From: the human T2T-CHM13v2.0 reference genome, Homo sapiens
Length of the DNA stretch: 64,000 bases
Reading direction: 5' to 3' (one strand)
Assembly: GCF_009914755.1 (NCBI RefSeq)
Contig: NC_060926.1
Of this stretch, positions 1 to 10,753 are shown piece by piece. How positions within the stretch are numbered: the first letter of the stretch is position 1; every line of letters starts with the position of its first letter. Under the pieces are notes generated by a model. The model saw only the letters and a program-made list of their open reading frames with translations, did not search any database and was not told where the DNA came from. The position numbers and the translations under genes are program-made.

Positions 1-848
1 AACAACCCCATCAAAAACTGGGCGAAGGACATGAACAGACACTTCTCAAAAGAAGACATTTATGCAGCCAAAAAACACATGAAAAAATGCTCATCATCAC
101 TGGCCATTAGAAAAATGCAAATCAAAACTACAATGAGATACCATCTCACACCAGTTAGAATGGCGATCATTAAAAAGTCAGGAAACAACAGGTGCTGGAG
201 AGGATGTGGAGAAACAGGAACACTTTTACACTGTTGGTGGGACTGTAAACTAGTTCAACCATTGTGGAAGTCAGTGTGGCGATTCCTCAGGGATCTAGAA
301 CTAGAAATACCATTTGACCCAGCCATCCCATTACTGGGTATATACCCAAATGACTATAAATCATGCTGCTATAAAGACACATGCACACGTATGTTTATTG
401 CGGCATTATTCACAATAGCAAAGACTTGGAACCAACCCAAATGTCCAACAATGATAGACTGGATTAAGAAAATGTGGCACATATACACCATGGAATACTA
501 TGCAGCCATAAAAAATGATGAGTTCATGTCCTTTGTAGGGACATGGATGAAATTGGAAATCATCATTCTCAGTAAACTATCGCAAGAACAAAAAACCAAA
601 CACCGCATATTCTCACTCATAGGTGGGAATTGAACAATGAGATCACATGGACACAGGAAGGGGAATATCACACTCTGGGGACTGTTGTGGGGTGGGGGGA
701 GGGGGGAGGGATAGCATTGGGAGATATACCTAATGCTAGATGACCAGTTAGTGGGTGCAGCGCACCAGCATGGCACATGTATACATATGTAACTAACCTG
801 CACAATGTGCACATGCACCCTAAAACTTAAAGTATAATAAAAAAAAAA
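1..848 (+). mobile_element. LINE-1 3' end (ORF2 C-terminus, 3'UTR, poly-A), young L1PA2-like; 5' part lies outside the window
   Basis: ORF 31..633 is the intact L1 ORF2p C-terminus with the CCHC knuckle ([18 protein letters not shown]). The 3'UTR has the G-rich tract and TGACCAGTTAGTGGGTGCAGCGCACC, a GAG-type site rather than the L1HS-Ta ACA. It ends AATAAAAAAAAAA. Confidence 0.95.
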
Positions 849-2016
849 TAAATGGTTGGATTTATTTATCCATTCAACAGGAATTTACTGTACGAAAGGC
901 ACTGTGCTTTGAATAAAGTTACAACAACCACCTCCCTATATAAACAAATAAATCTATTTTTTTTGCTCTCATATATCCTACTATATAGTGGAGAAAATAT
1001 ATACAAATCACCGTCATGGAAAAATGTAAATTTGCCACTGTGTTTGGTGCAAATGACAGATGATATAAGGCTTTATGGATAATAAGATAAACTAGAGCAA
1101 ATTTGAGTGTATTAGTATAAAGCTTAGTTTAAAACTAATTATACTTTCTTCATGTCATGAAATTATTGTTACAAAACCTATAATAATAAGATATATTGAA
1201 TCATAAGACTTCCAAATAAAACAAATAAAACTTTAAAACTTTTAATGAGATATTGCTTTCATAAAGTCAACATTTTAACAAAAGATTTTATGCTTGAAGT
1301 AGCTATATTATTTACTGATTGTGACATTTTAAATGATTGTGTAATAGGTTTATCATCATAAATGATGACAAAATTTGTCTGCACAAGTATAGGTGAGAAA
1401 GATTGTAAACATTTGCTTCTATGACCAAATATTTACATCAGTTAAAATCTTATTTAAAATATATCATCTCTACTTTTCTTTCATTAATTGATTCAAATTT
1501 TTTTGTGGCTATCCATGGATTTTATCAAATCTATTCAACATAATGATAAAGCTTGAATATGAAGAATGCCCGTGCATTATAAGAACAGTCAATCTGCAGC
1601 TGACATGGTTACCACTAAAATAACAAATCAACTATATATGAAATAGAATTACTTAATCTTTATGTTGCTAAATCTTTGTGTTATTAGCTGGAGCTATTCC
1701 CACTAGCAGTTCCTGCCCAACCTCCTTGCTTTCCCACCCACAATGGGCTATACTTTGAACTGCACATGCAGGCTATTCTCCAAGAAGCTCTTATCAAGTT
1801 TCTTATGATCCAGGCTATCTAATTACGGGCCCTAGCAACTTGAGGCTACACTACTTGGCTACTTCTGATGGGTGTAGTGATCGATATGTTATGGCATATC
1901 TATAAACTATTTGTGGTGCAGAGTTGAAAAGCTCAACTCTTAGCCTATTTCAATTTTCTTCTAGAATTTATTATCACCTGACGTAAATACACACCTACTT
2001 ATTTATTTGGTTAGGA

Positions 2017-2540
2017 TAGCCCTCCCCAACCTTTTTGGCCCCAGGGACCAGTTTTGTGGAAGACAATTTTTCCACAGACTGGGAGAGGGGATGGTTTCAG
2101 GATGATTTAAGCACATGACGTTTATTGTGTACTTTATTTCTATTATTATTACATTGAAATATATTATGAAATAATTATCTAACTCACCATAATGTAGAAT
2201 CAGTGGGAGCCCTCGGCTTGTATTCCTGCAACTAGATGGTCCCATCTGGGGGTGATGGGAGATAGTGACAGATCATCAGGCATTAGATTCTCATAAGGAG
2301 CACAACCTAGTTCCCTCACATGTGCAGTTCACAATAGGGTTCACACTCCTAAGAGAATCTAATGCTGCTGCTGATCTTACAGGAGGTGGAGCTCAGGCAG
2401 TAATGTGAGCAATGAGGAGTGGCTATAAATACAGATGAAGCTTCACTGGCTCACCCATCCCTCATATCCTTCTGTGTGGCCCAGTTCCTAACAGGCCATG
2501 GACTGCCATAGGTCTGTGGTTCGGGGGTTGCAGACCTTTG
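2017..2540 (-). mobile_element. MER1A (hAT-Charlie non-autonomous DNA transposon), full length with 8-bp TSD
   Basis: Terminal inverted repeats (..CCTCCCCAACC / GGTTGCAGACCTTTG) and the internal palindrome CATTAGATTCTCATAAGGAG..CTCCTAAGAGAATCTAATG. Perfect 8-bp TSD GGTTAGGA at 2009-2016 and 2541-2548. Confidence 0.92.
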
Positions 2541-2571
2541 GGTTAGGACATACCTCAGCAAAATGTAGTAT

Positions 2572-2760
2572 TCATGAAGGCAGGATCTATATCTTTTTTC
2601 TCACTGCTAGACAGTGCTAGGCATTTTCTTCTTCTCACTGGTAGGCACTGGGAATATAGCAGTGAGCATTAGCCTTAGCTCACTGCTGTATTCCCAGTTC
2701 CTAGTAAATAACTGTCATTCTGTAAGTGCTCAATGTATATTCATGGGATGTATGACTGAA
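2572..2760 (+). mobile_element. L2 3' end fragment containing an internal inverted duplication
   Basis: CATGAAGGCAGGA...CTCACTGCTGTATTCCCAG.CCTAG...GTAAGTGCTCAAT resembles the L2 3' terminus. Confidence 0.7.
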
Positions 2761-3489
2761 CCCTAAGTTTTGTGCAGGCTGTCTTTACTTTCCTCTTTGT
2801 CTTCAAAACCTACTGCAGTGCTTAGCTCATTTTAAGTACAAAGGAGCTAAGCGGAGCCCCAGAGTATAAAGGTTCTTATAGGGCATGTTAGAGATTTTAG
2901 ACAATTTCTTAAAATCAATGAGAAGCCACTTAAATGTTATAATTAGAAGAAAATATTATTAGATTTCATTTTAGAAAATAAAGTTATTGCTTTCAGTGTC
3001 CCTTAATAATGGCATCTCCATCATCCTACTCATCCAATCTTAATCTCTTAAAGTTATATAATACATTTTCCTTTATCCATCATTCCTAATAATTTGCCAA
3101 AACCTGGTAATTTAATTTCAGCAAGACATAACTATCTCACCCTTTATTTCCCTTTAGAATGAGCGCCTTGGTTAATCACATAATGGACAATTGTAGCTGC
3201 TAAACTCATATCCCTGTCTTTTGTATACTCTGTAGCTAAGGCCCTATACATTTGGCCTTATATTGGCCAATAGACATTGTTGGCCTGGTAGCCCTTGTAT
3301 TGGCCTTATAGCCAAGAATTGTACAGTATTGGTCTTACCATTTATCTAAGCAAATACTTGCAATAGCTCCACTTTGATTAAAGATAAATGCCAAACTTTC
3401 TGTTTGAAAAAATATGACTTTTTAATAACTTTCAACACTCATTCAGATAAATTATTGTGGTTATTATTCTTATGAGGTAAATAATGATA

Positions 3490-4850
3490 ACTACCTGATT
3501 TTTAAAAAAGTATTTAAACTTCAAGAAATATTGCAAAATTACTACAAAGAATTAACACATACCCCTCACCAAAATTTACCAGTGGTGTTATAAAAGGTTG
3601 CCACATTTGCATCATCATTCTCTCTATAGGTATTTCTGGACCTTACAACCTCTATGTTCTTTTTACTGCAAAATATTTTATTATATTTTTTAAAGATCCA
3701 GGGCTTTCTTATATATGATCACAATACAATTAAATTAGGACACTTAATATTGATATAAAACTAATTTGATTATAAATAAAAGTCATACAGTTTAGATATT
3801 ATAGTTTTTATTAATATTTTGAATTAGATTGTCTCAGTAATGCTCTTTATATTAATAGATATTATTCCCAGTTTGCTCTCCAATTCTGGATTACACATTG
3901 CATTTAGTAGTCATGGTTTTTAAATCTCCATTAGTCTGGAATATTTCCTCAGCTTTTCTTTGACTTTCATCACAGTGACATTTTTGAAAAGTATAGGCAA
4001 GATATTGTGTAGAATTTTCCTTAATTTAAGGCTTTCTTTGCTTTCTCGTGATTGCATTCAATTATGCATTTTTTAATCTGGAATCCTAAATCAATAATGT
4101 TATGTACTTCTCAGTGCATCATATCATGAGGCTCATGATATCACTTGGTCCCATTATTGGTGACTTTAACCTTGGTCAGTTGGTTAAGGTGATGTTTACC
4201 AGATTTATCCACTACATGTAATTTATTATTCGTTTGTAATTAAGGATCTATAGTATATTATAAAAACAGCCTCAAGTTATTTTTGTGTATGCATTCTCCT
4301 TGAAATATGGCATTATAGTTTCTCCCATCAAGACATGGACTATATTATCTATGTTTGGGCCATGTAACTTCCATGGCTAATGAGACACCAGCAAATGTAC
4401 GTCCACAGAATCTCAGAGTACTTCACATTGGAGCTTGCACTCCCTTGTTGCTTTTTGGAGCCCTGCAACTACGACTACTGCTAGCCTATTGAAGGATGAT
4501 GGGCTAGATTAAACAAAAGACAAAACATTGCAGCTGAGTCCCACACCCTCAAGACTAATAAGTATGCCACACCAGACAAGTGAGTGAAGCCATCCTAGAT
4601 CTCTAAACCAAACTGAGCTAGCCAGGGCAGAAACCAACCTGACAACCCACAGAGCTTTGAGAAATTACAGATGTTTATTGGTTGGGGCTAATAAGTTTTG
4701 GAATGGTGTGTTATGCACCAAAAGCCAATACTTTCTAGGGTGATACTTTGGGACTACGTAAATATCCAATTACCCAAATAAATTTTACCAAGTTTATGAT
4801 TCTGCCTAAGTTAAATATTATCACAAAGACTGCAAAATGGAATTGCGCCT
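3490..4850 (-). mobile_element. Old L1M (L1MC-like) 3' region, interrupted by an MLT1 LTR
   Basis: Motifs CATTGCATTTAGT, CAGTGCATCATATCA and TTGGTTAAGGTG. It resumes after 4731 with GATACTTTGGGACTA.GTAAATATCC. The same motifs occur at 31.7-32.7 kb. Confidence 0.7.
4249..4731 (+). mobile_element. MLT1 (ERVL-MaLR) solo LTR, MLT1G/H-like
   Basis: CTCCCATCAAGA, GGCCATGTAACTT, GTGAGTGAAGCCATCCTAGA and the terminal AAGTTTTGGAATGGTGTGTTATGCA are typical MLT1 motifs. Confidence 0.7.
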
Positions 4851-6449
4851 TTTTTTAAGAGATGAAACATGTAAGAATGGGGGCTTATTTGTCTTTGAAA
4901 AACATAGGACTAGTAAGTAGCTGTATCAGCATCAGAACCCCAATCTTTTACCTGGTCCACAGTTTTTCTCAGTATGCCATGTAGAGGTGAGTGACCTGAT
5001 GTTAGGACTGGAATTCACTAGAGGGAGCAGTAGAGAGACATTCCAGAGTGTTATGAGTGGGACCCTGTGTACTCACACATGCACAGAAGCATCTCTGGTA
5101 AATGCTCCATAATTGACGGTAGGGCAGGATGGACAATGTAGGAGGAGATATTAATACAGTTATTAACATAGAAATTTAAATGATACTTGACTCACGAAAA
5201 GATATAAAGATAATATCTCTGGAAATTGCCTTTCATGAGTATAATCAAGAATGGCATTGACATACTAGATTATGATTAATAGTATCATATGTTTGTCAAA
5301 CGTGGCTGTTTAATATTTTTATGTAGTCGTTATATCCTCCCCCAATTCTGCCAAAAACATCCTATAAGATGTGTGAAGTGACACTGTGAGAAGCAAGGAC
5401 CCCTGTCAGCCCTTATTACAAACAAGACAACTGACACCCGAAGGACCAAAACTAGCCAAGAGCCACAGTGAATAAATTGCCAAGCAGGCACTTGAACTCG
5501 GCAATCCCAATTTCCTAGAAAAGTTCCTCTCCCATGGCAGTGGGGGACAGGTCCCAAGTCTTTCAGACGCTAATAATGTCTGCGTCTTAGGTTTCTGCCT
5601 TGTGCCAGGCACTGTTCTAAAATCTTTACATGTATTTAAACTCAGTACCATGGGGGTACTGGTACAACACATTAACTGAGACATTCATACGTCCAGGTAC
5701 TTCGGAGTGGGTGTGTGTTTAATATCATACCTACTTGCCTGAGAAAAGAATTCAAAGCCCCACTTTTTTCTTTACCTCTTCATAAAAATTTGAGAGCCAC
5801 AAGGAAGCGCTCTGTGTTTCCAGTACTCTTACAGTGCGTTCGGCGGCAGTAGTCACCGCCAACCAGAACACTAGGATCCTGCCAGGGTGTAGATACTGTA
5901 ACCAACAAGAGGCCAACCTCCGTCCTTTCTGCGGAGGGCGCCGAAGCGTCAAGTACCCCGCAGCATCTCTCGGCTGGAGAGCCGACGGCAAGGGTGGGGT
6001 TGCCGGCGCTTTCCCCGAGGGCAGTCTCTGATCCTCCAGCTCCCCTCTAAGAGGCTCCCTGGTGCATTGGGCGAACGCGGTGCACGCAGGCCGGCTTTGG
6101 CGTTGTGGGGCCCCAAAGCGGCCAGGGGTCGCGAGGCGCCCTCCGGCGAGAGGAGCTGACCCCAGGGTTGCTCTTGGGGGCCGTGCCTGCCAAGTATCGC
6201 GGGACTTGCGCACATCGCAGAAGCGCCAGCTCCAGAAGCAGCTGGAGCGCGCTCGGTGCGCACCGCCCCAGCCCGGGGAGGAGCGGGAGCAGGGAGGGAG
6301 GAGGGCTGGGGGTGCTGGTTACGTAAATGATACTAGCCCAGTGAGAGGCCTCCAGGCTGGGGCTACGAGAGGAGGAGGGACCACGCGAGGAGGAGGGACC
6401 GGGAGGCGGCGGGCTGGGGTGGGAGGGGGGCGGGGGCCGGGGAGAAGTG

Positions 6450-6703
6450 ACCAGGCGGCGGCGGCTCTGCTGAGGTGACAACGTGCTAGCAGCCCTCGCT
6501 CGCTCTGGGCGCCTCCTCGGCCTCAGCGTCCGCTCTGGCCGCGCTCGAGGAGCCCTTCAGCCCGCCGCTGCGCTATGAAGGCCCCTCTCTGGGGCTGGCC
6601 GAGGCTGGAGCCGGCTCCCTCTGCTCGCGGGCAAGTGTGAAGAGAGAGGCGCGGGCGGGAGCCGGGGCTGCGCGCGGCGCTCGCGGGCCGGCGCGGGTTC
6701 CAG
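6450..6703 (+). other. Probable non-coding first exon of an unidentified gene (start approximate)
   Basis: Lies just downstream of the GC box/G-tract and ends at the consensus donor CAG|GTGAGC (intron starts 6704). Its only ATG opens a 21-codon ORF that stops inside the exon. Confidence 0.7.
6575..6640 (+). other. Upstream ORF (MKAPLWGWPRLEPAPSARGQV*) in the putative first exon
   Basis: ATG at 6575 (G at -3) and TGA ending at 6640, read directly from the sequence. Function is inferred. Confidence 0.5.
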
Positions 6704-6999
6704 GTGAGCGCGGACTCGGCGAGCCCCGCACTCGGCGCGGCCGGCCGGCGCCTGCTGGGCTTGATCTGAGGCTGAATCCCGTGTGTGGACCGCCGTTCCC
6801 TCTTCGTGGGATCGTTGGCCAGGATAGCAGGTCTCCGTCTCTTTCTCGCTTCCCCTCTTTTCCTCTTGATTGTCTGGGACGAGCTCCCTCTGGGCTGCCA
6901 GAGTGCCGGGGCTAGGTGCCGCAAAGTCCCGCGGCGAGTGCCAGGGCGCGGAGCCGAGCGCCCCGGGCCGGTCCCAGGGCAAAGGCAGGGGCGCGGGCG

Positions 7000-7130
7000 G
7001 ACCTGGCGACGCGGCCTCCCGGGAGCTCCGAGTGCGCTCGCTTGCGGGGCTGCAGGTGTTGCGGGAGGACCGCGTGGCGCGGAACTTTCTGCCGCCGCCC
7101 ACCTTCTGCTCTGCTTTTCTGGCTACCCCG
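7000..7130 (+). other. Candidate alternative first exon (start approximate)
   Basis: Strong donor CCG|GTGAGT at 7130/7131 inside the CpG island. Confidence 0.45.
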
Positions 7131-8336
7131 GTGAGTTGTTGGTGGCGGGGGGAGGGGGGGCGGCTCTGGCCCCCTCTGCGTTCTGGTGACGTTCCTCCGC
7201 GGGGGTGGCTCGGCCTCCAAGCCCAGACAACTTTCTCGCACCAGCTGCAGGCAGCCCCGGCTGCGTTGCGGGCGTTTCTACTCGACCCGACACCAGGCGC
7301 TCCCTGGGTCTTGGGTGTCTTCCTCGACGGTTGCCTTCGTATAGTGCCCCCTTTGCCTCGCTTTTTCAGAGTCCTCTTGCCTCTCATTCTCGCCGTGTGT
7401 GTTTCTGCCTCTGTTTCTCTTTCTGAGCCTTGGTCCCCTCAGTCCACACTCTCCGGCCATGTATCTGTTTTTTTCTCTTATTATGTTTCCCTCTTTCTTT
7501 CTTGGGATGTCTGTGTCCCTGTTAATCTGTCTTTCCTTTTGTCTCTCCGTTTTGCAACATTTGTTCTCTTTCTGTGTCTGCTTCTCGCAGCTTATCTCTG
7601 TCTCCCTCTGTCATCTCTCTGCCCCGTCTTCCCGAACACCAGCCCCGCGATCCCGAAGCGCCTTGGTTAGGGGAGCAAGCCCTGGCGCATCTAATGGGTA
7701 TCTCCAGGTGCAGAGATTTTCCTGCGGGGTCAGTGGGGACGCGGAGGAGACAGCCTGCCCTTGTCCAGGCTGTCGTGGACCTGAAGGAGGGGCGCCAGGG
7801 GTTAGAGTGGAGGGCACCGCAGCAGGCTCCCCTTGCCGGGTCCGAGGGCGCTGCGCTGCTGCGAACCTGAGCGCACTGAGGCTGCTACTCTGGACAGCGA
7901 AAGCTGCGCAAGCCCCTCCCGCATACCCGATTCTTTGACTATGGTTAGTTGAATTTCCAGGAGGAGAGTCTGCCTCCCCAACCTTTATAGCCAGCTGCAG
8001 AAGAACGGACAGTGAGCAGGCAAACATAGACGCTTTGGGCTTCAGGGAAACTAACCTCGAAAGGGTGGGAGCTTTCTTCAGGCAAAGGTGTTGCTAGCAG
8101 AGGAGAGGAGCTTTGGGGACTGAGGTATGCGTGCCTTAAACTACCATGCATTCATTGCTTAGGAAAGCGGTTTCCTTGGAGAGATCGTGGTCAGCCTTCC
8201 CTGAAACAACATAACAACATAGAGGTTTTATTCGCAAGGCTAAAGGCACTTGGCTGCCAAAGCCCCCTTGAAATTTCTGGTATCCTTGAATATTTTCAGC
8301 TTTATGTGAAAGCTGCCTTTCCTCAGAGTCTCAGTC

Positions 8337-8414
8337 CGTCTCTCTCTCTTTCTCTCTCTCTCTTTTTCTGTGTCTCTCTCTCTCGCTGTCTCCCTGTCTC
8401 TCTCTCTCTGTCTC
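8337..8414. repeat. (CT)n-rich imperfect microsatellite
   Basis: Direct reading. Confidence 0.9.
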
Positions 8415-10722
8415 GTTTGCGTTCATGCCCTCTAGTGTTAAAGAAACCTGCTGGTTCGAGAATATTGAAAAGTAAGGTCAACCTATTGGTTATTTACTTT
8501 TGGACCTCTCACCTTCCGGGATAATTCTCCTTGTATTACACGCATCCTTTCCTTTTCCTCAAAGAATGACTTTTGCATTACATTACTAATCTTTCTTTCC
8601 CCCCGCACCCCCCTCCCGCAATCTCTGTTTTTTTTTTTTTTCTTTCCCCACGTCTCCTGCAGAATAAGAACCTTCATATTGAAACCCTGTTCGTTTGATT
8701 TGGGAATTGGATAGGTCTGGAGAATTTGCGTAGCCTAAGGCAGACTTTGAACATTAAAAAGATGCATTTCTCTGCACTGTTTGCCATAAACCAGGATTTC
8801 ACATCTCTCCTTTAGCCCCTATCCACCTTCAATTCCATGGAGAATTTTCCTGGCTGCTTCTGCTTGTTTAAATAAATGCTTTTATTTCACCATTTCTGTG
8901 ATGCTTATCCCATTCCAGGGCTTAAGGTACTTGCTTAAGTAGGGGCACTGTGTCTCGGATCCGCTTTGGAGAGGAAGAATAGAAAGCTTTTCTAAAGGAA
9001 TTATAGGGTACTGCTGGTATAGATTAATTCCAGTTCGGAAAGTCCTGAGTGGGAATGTGAGAATGGAGGCTGTCTCAGATATGTAGTCCCTAGGACAGTG
9101 TGGGGAAACTAGTAAGTGCTTAATAAAACTTGTTGGTTGATTGATTAGCATGCAGCGGATCATAGGCTTCCAAGTTACCAGGTATGCTAAGGAGCCTGCA
9201 GCTAAATTCCACCTCCCCGCTCCTTTTTTGGGAGGTTTCATTTAGATTTTTTATGAATGGTAATTGAGAACTAGTAGAAGGGATATTGAAACAGGGGTCT
9301 TCTGCTTCTTTGTAGTTCATGTTATTGCTTGAATTTGCCCCTTTTTGCAAGTCTACAACTTGGCTGGTGTTCTTTAACACAGTCATTGCAGAATTGAAGA
9401 AATGAGTTTAGAGGGGCCCTGAAATGTGGCATCTCTCAATCTCCTTACCTGAAAGTAAGTTGGGACATGGCATCATTTTTGGGTGAATACTTTCATGTGG
9501 TTTCTAACAAGTGAAAAGTTCTCTCTTTTAATATAAAGAACAGATATATCAGCTTAAAATACTTGGGGGCTATATATTGATCTGTAAGCTGGATCACTTA
9601 CCCTAAATAATTTATGGATTCCCCTACTGCTTCATATATATATATATATGAGATGTGCGATACTGCATGAATGTGAGAATTTCCTAAAGTACCTGGAAAC
9701 ATAATGCCTCCTAATTCAAAGTAATAATAGAAATCCATGGGCAGCAATACTACTTTCTTGATGATATGCTAGTCACCTCTTAAAATAGTTGCTAATTTAT
9801 CATGAGTATGGTGCAGGAGCATGTTCAAAGCAATTTTTCTTTAAAAATATTATTTATAAATCACTTGATACTGTACCCAATTTTTATATTTAAAAATAGC
9901 AAAGACATAATGAAGGTGGAAAATCTGATATTGTTTGAGAGACCTTCTATTTGTTTTACAGGTTTAACTTATGCATCTAACTTTTTAACTTACTGGGCAG
10001 TCATTTCAGTTTAAACAGTTATGTCAGAGTGAACTATGTTGTTATCATGCCAAGTTGATTTCTAGAAATAGTAGTTGTAACAGGAACATTTTCATGTAAT
10101 AGAGCTTGTACAGCTTATAAAGACTTCGGGATTTTAGGAAAGGCGTGAGATAAGAAGTAACAGTAACAAATGGGTATTTTTATTCTTTATGAATGGGCAG
10201 ATGAAGAGAATCCTGGTGTTTCTGAATAATAACAGTCGAGAAAATGCTTGAGAATAAAGTAGGAATAGAATTAAGCCTTACTGTCTAAAATAAATTATAA
10301 TGCTACATATCTCTGTTAGGTGTTCATTGTCCTTTTAAAAATGGACACTTCATATAGTTATGACCTTTAACTAATTTGCCTTATTAGACATGATATTTTA
10401 AAGAGAAACCTCTTGCAACAAACAACACATTCTTGACAGCGACTCTTAGTACATCACCTTCTTGTATTTGTGTCCCTGTCAGAAGGAACATGTAGACATC
10501 TTAAATCTAATGGGATCTAACAGGATCACTGCTTTGAAGTCTGAATGACCATATGCCTAATTATCAAAGGATTTAAACTGGGCTTTGGTTCTAAATCCTT
10601 CCCTCTGCTCTTGTCATCAAAATAAACACATGTGAAACATCAAATCAAGTCCTACATATATATACTCATATTTATTCTGACAACCTATTTAATGACATTT
10701 CTAACAGCAACCCCCCCACACT

Positions 10723-10753
10723 ACACACACACACACACACACATACACACACA
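10723..10753. repeat. (CA)n microsatellite
   Basis: Direct reading. Confidence 0.95.

Larger units (their letters stand above)
5810..8070. promoter_or_regulatory. CpG island / GC-rich TATA-less promoter of a + strand gene
   Basis: Abrupt switch to very GC- and CpG-rich sequence in an AT-rich background. GC box GGGGCGGGG at ~6427-6435. Strong + strand splice donors at 6704 and 7131. Confidence 0.93.

Noticed and set aside
31-633. 200-aa ORF as a host gene CDS (likewise 41299..42042)
   Set aside because: It is the LINE-1 ORF2p C-terminus. The 41-kb copy is 5'-truncated and cannot be autonomous.
2279-2365. Strong hairpin as a novel ncRNA
   Set aside because: It is the normal internal palindrome of MER1.
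6450-6703. Naming the host gene
   Set aside because: The architecture (non-coding exon 1, very long first intron) fits many genes. SLC16A7 crossed my mind, but no coding exon is visible and I do not truly recognise the sequence. BLAT is needed.
7996-8016. RE1/REST-like site TGCAGAAGAACGGACAGTGAG
   Set aside because: The right half GGACAG matches, but the left half lacks the key CAGCACC core.
5752-8027. Many long overlapping ORFs (up to 276 aa) on both strands of the CpG island
   Set aside because: Expected from stop-codon scarcity in GC-rich DNA. The translations are low-complexity R/G/P/A-rich or F/L/S-rich, many start at GTG/TTG, and none has a recognisable domain.
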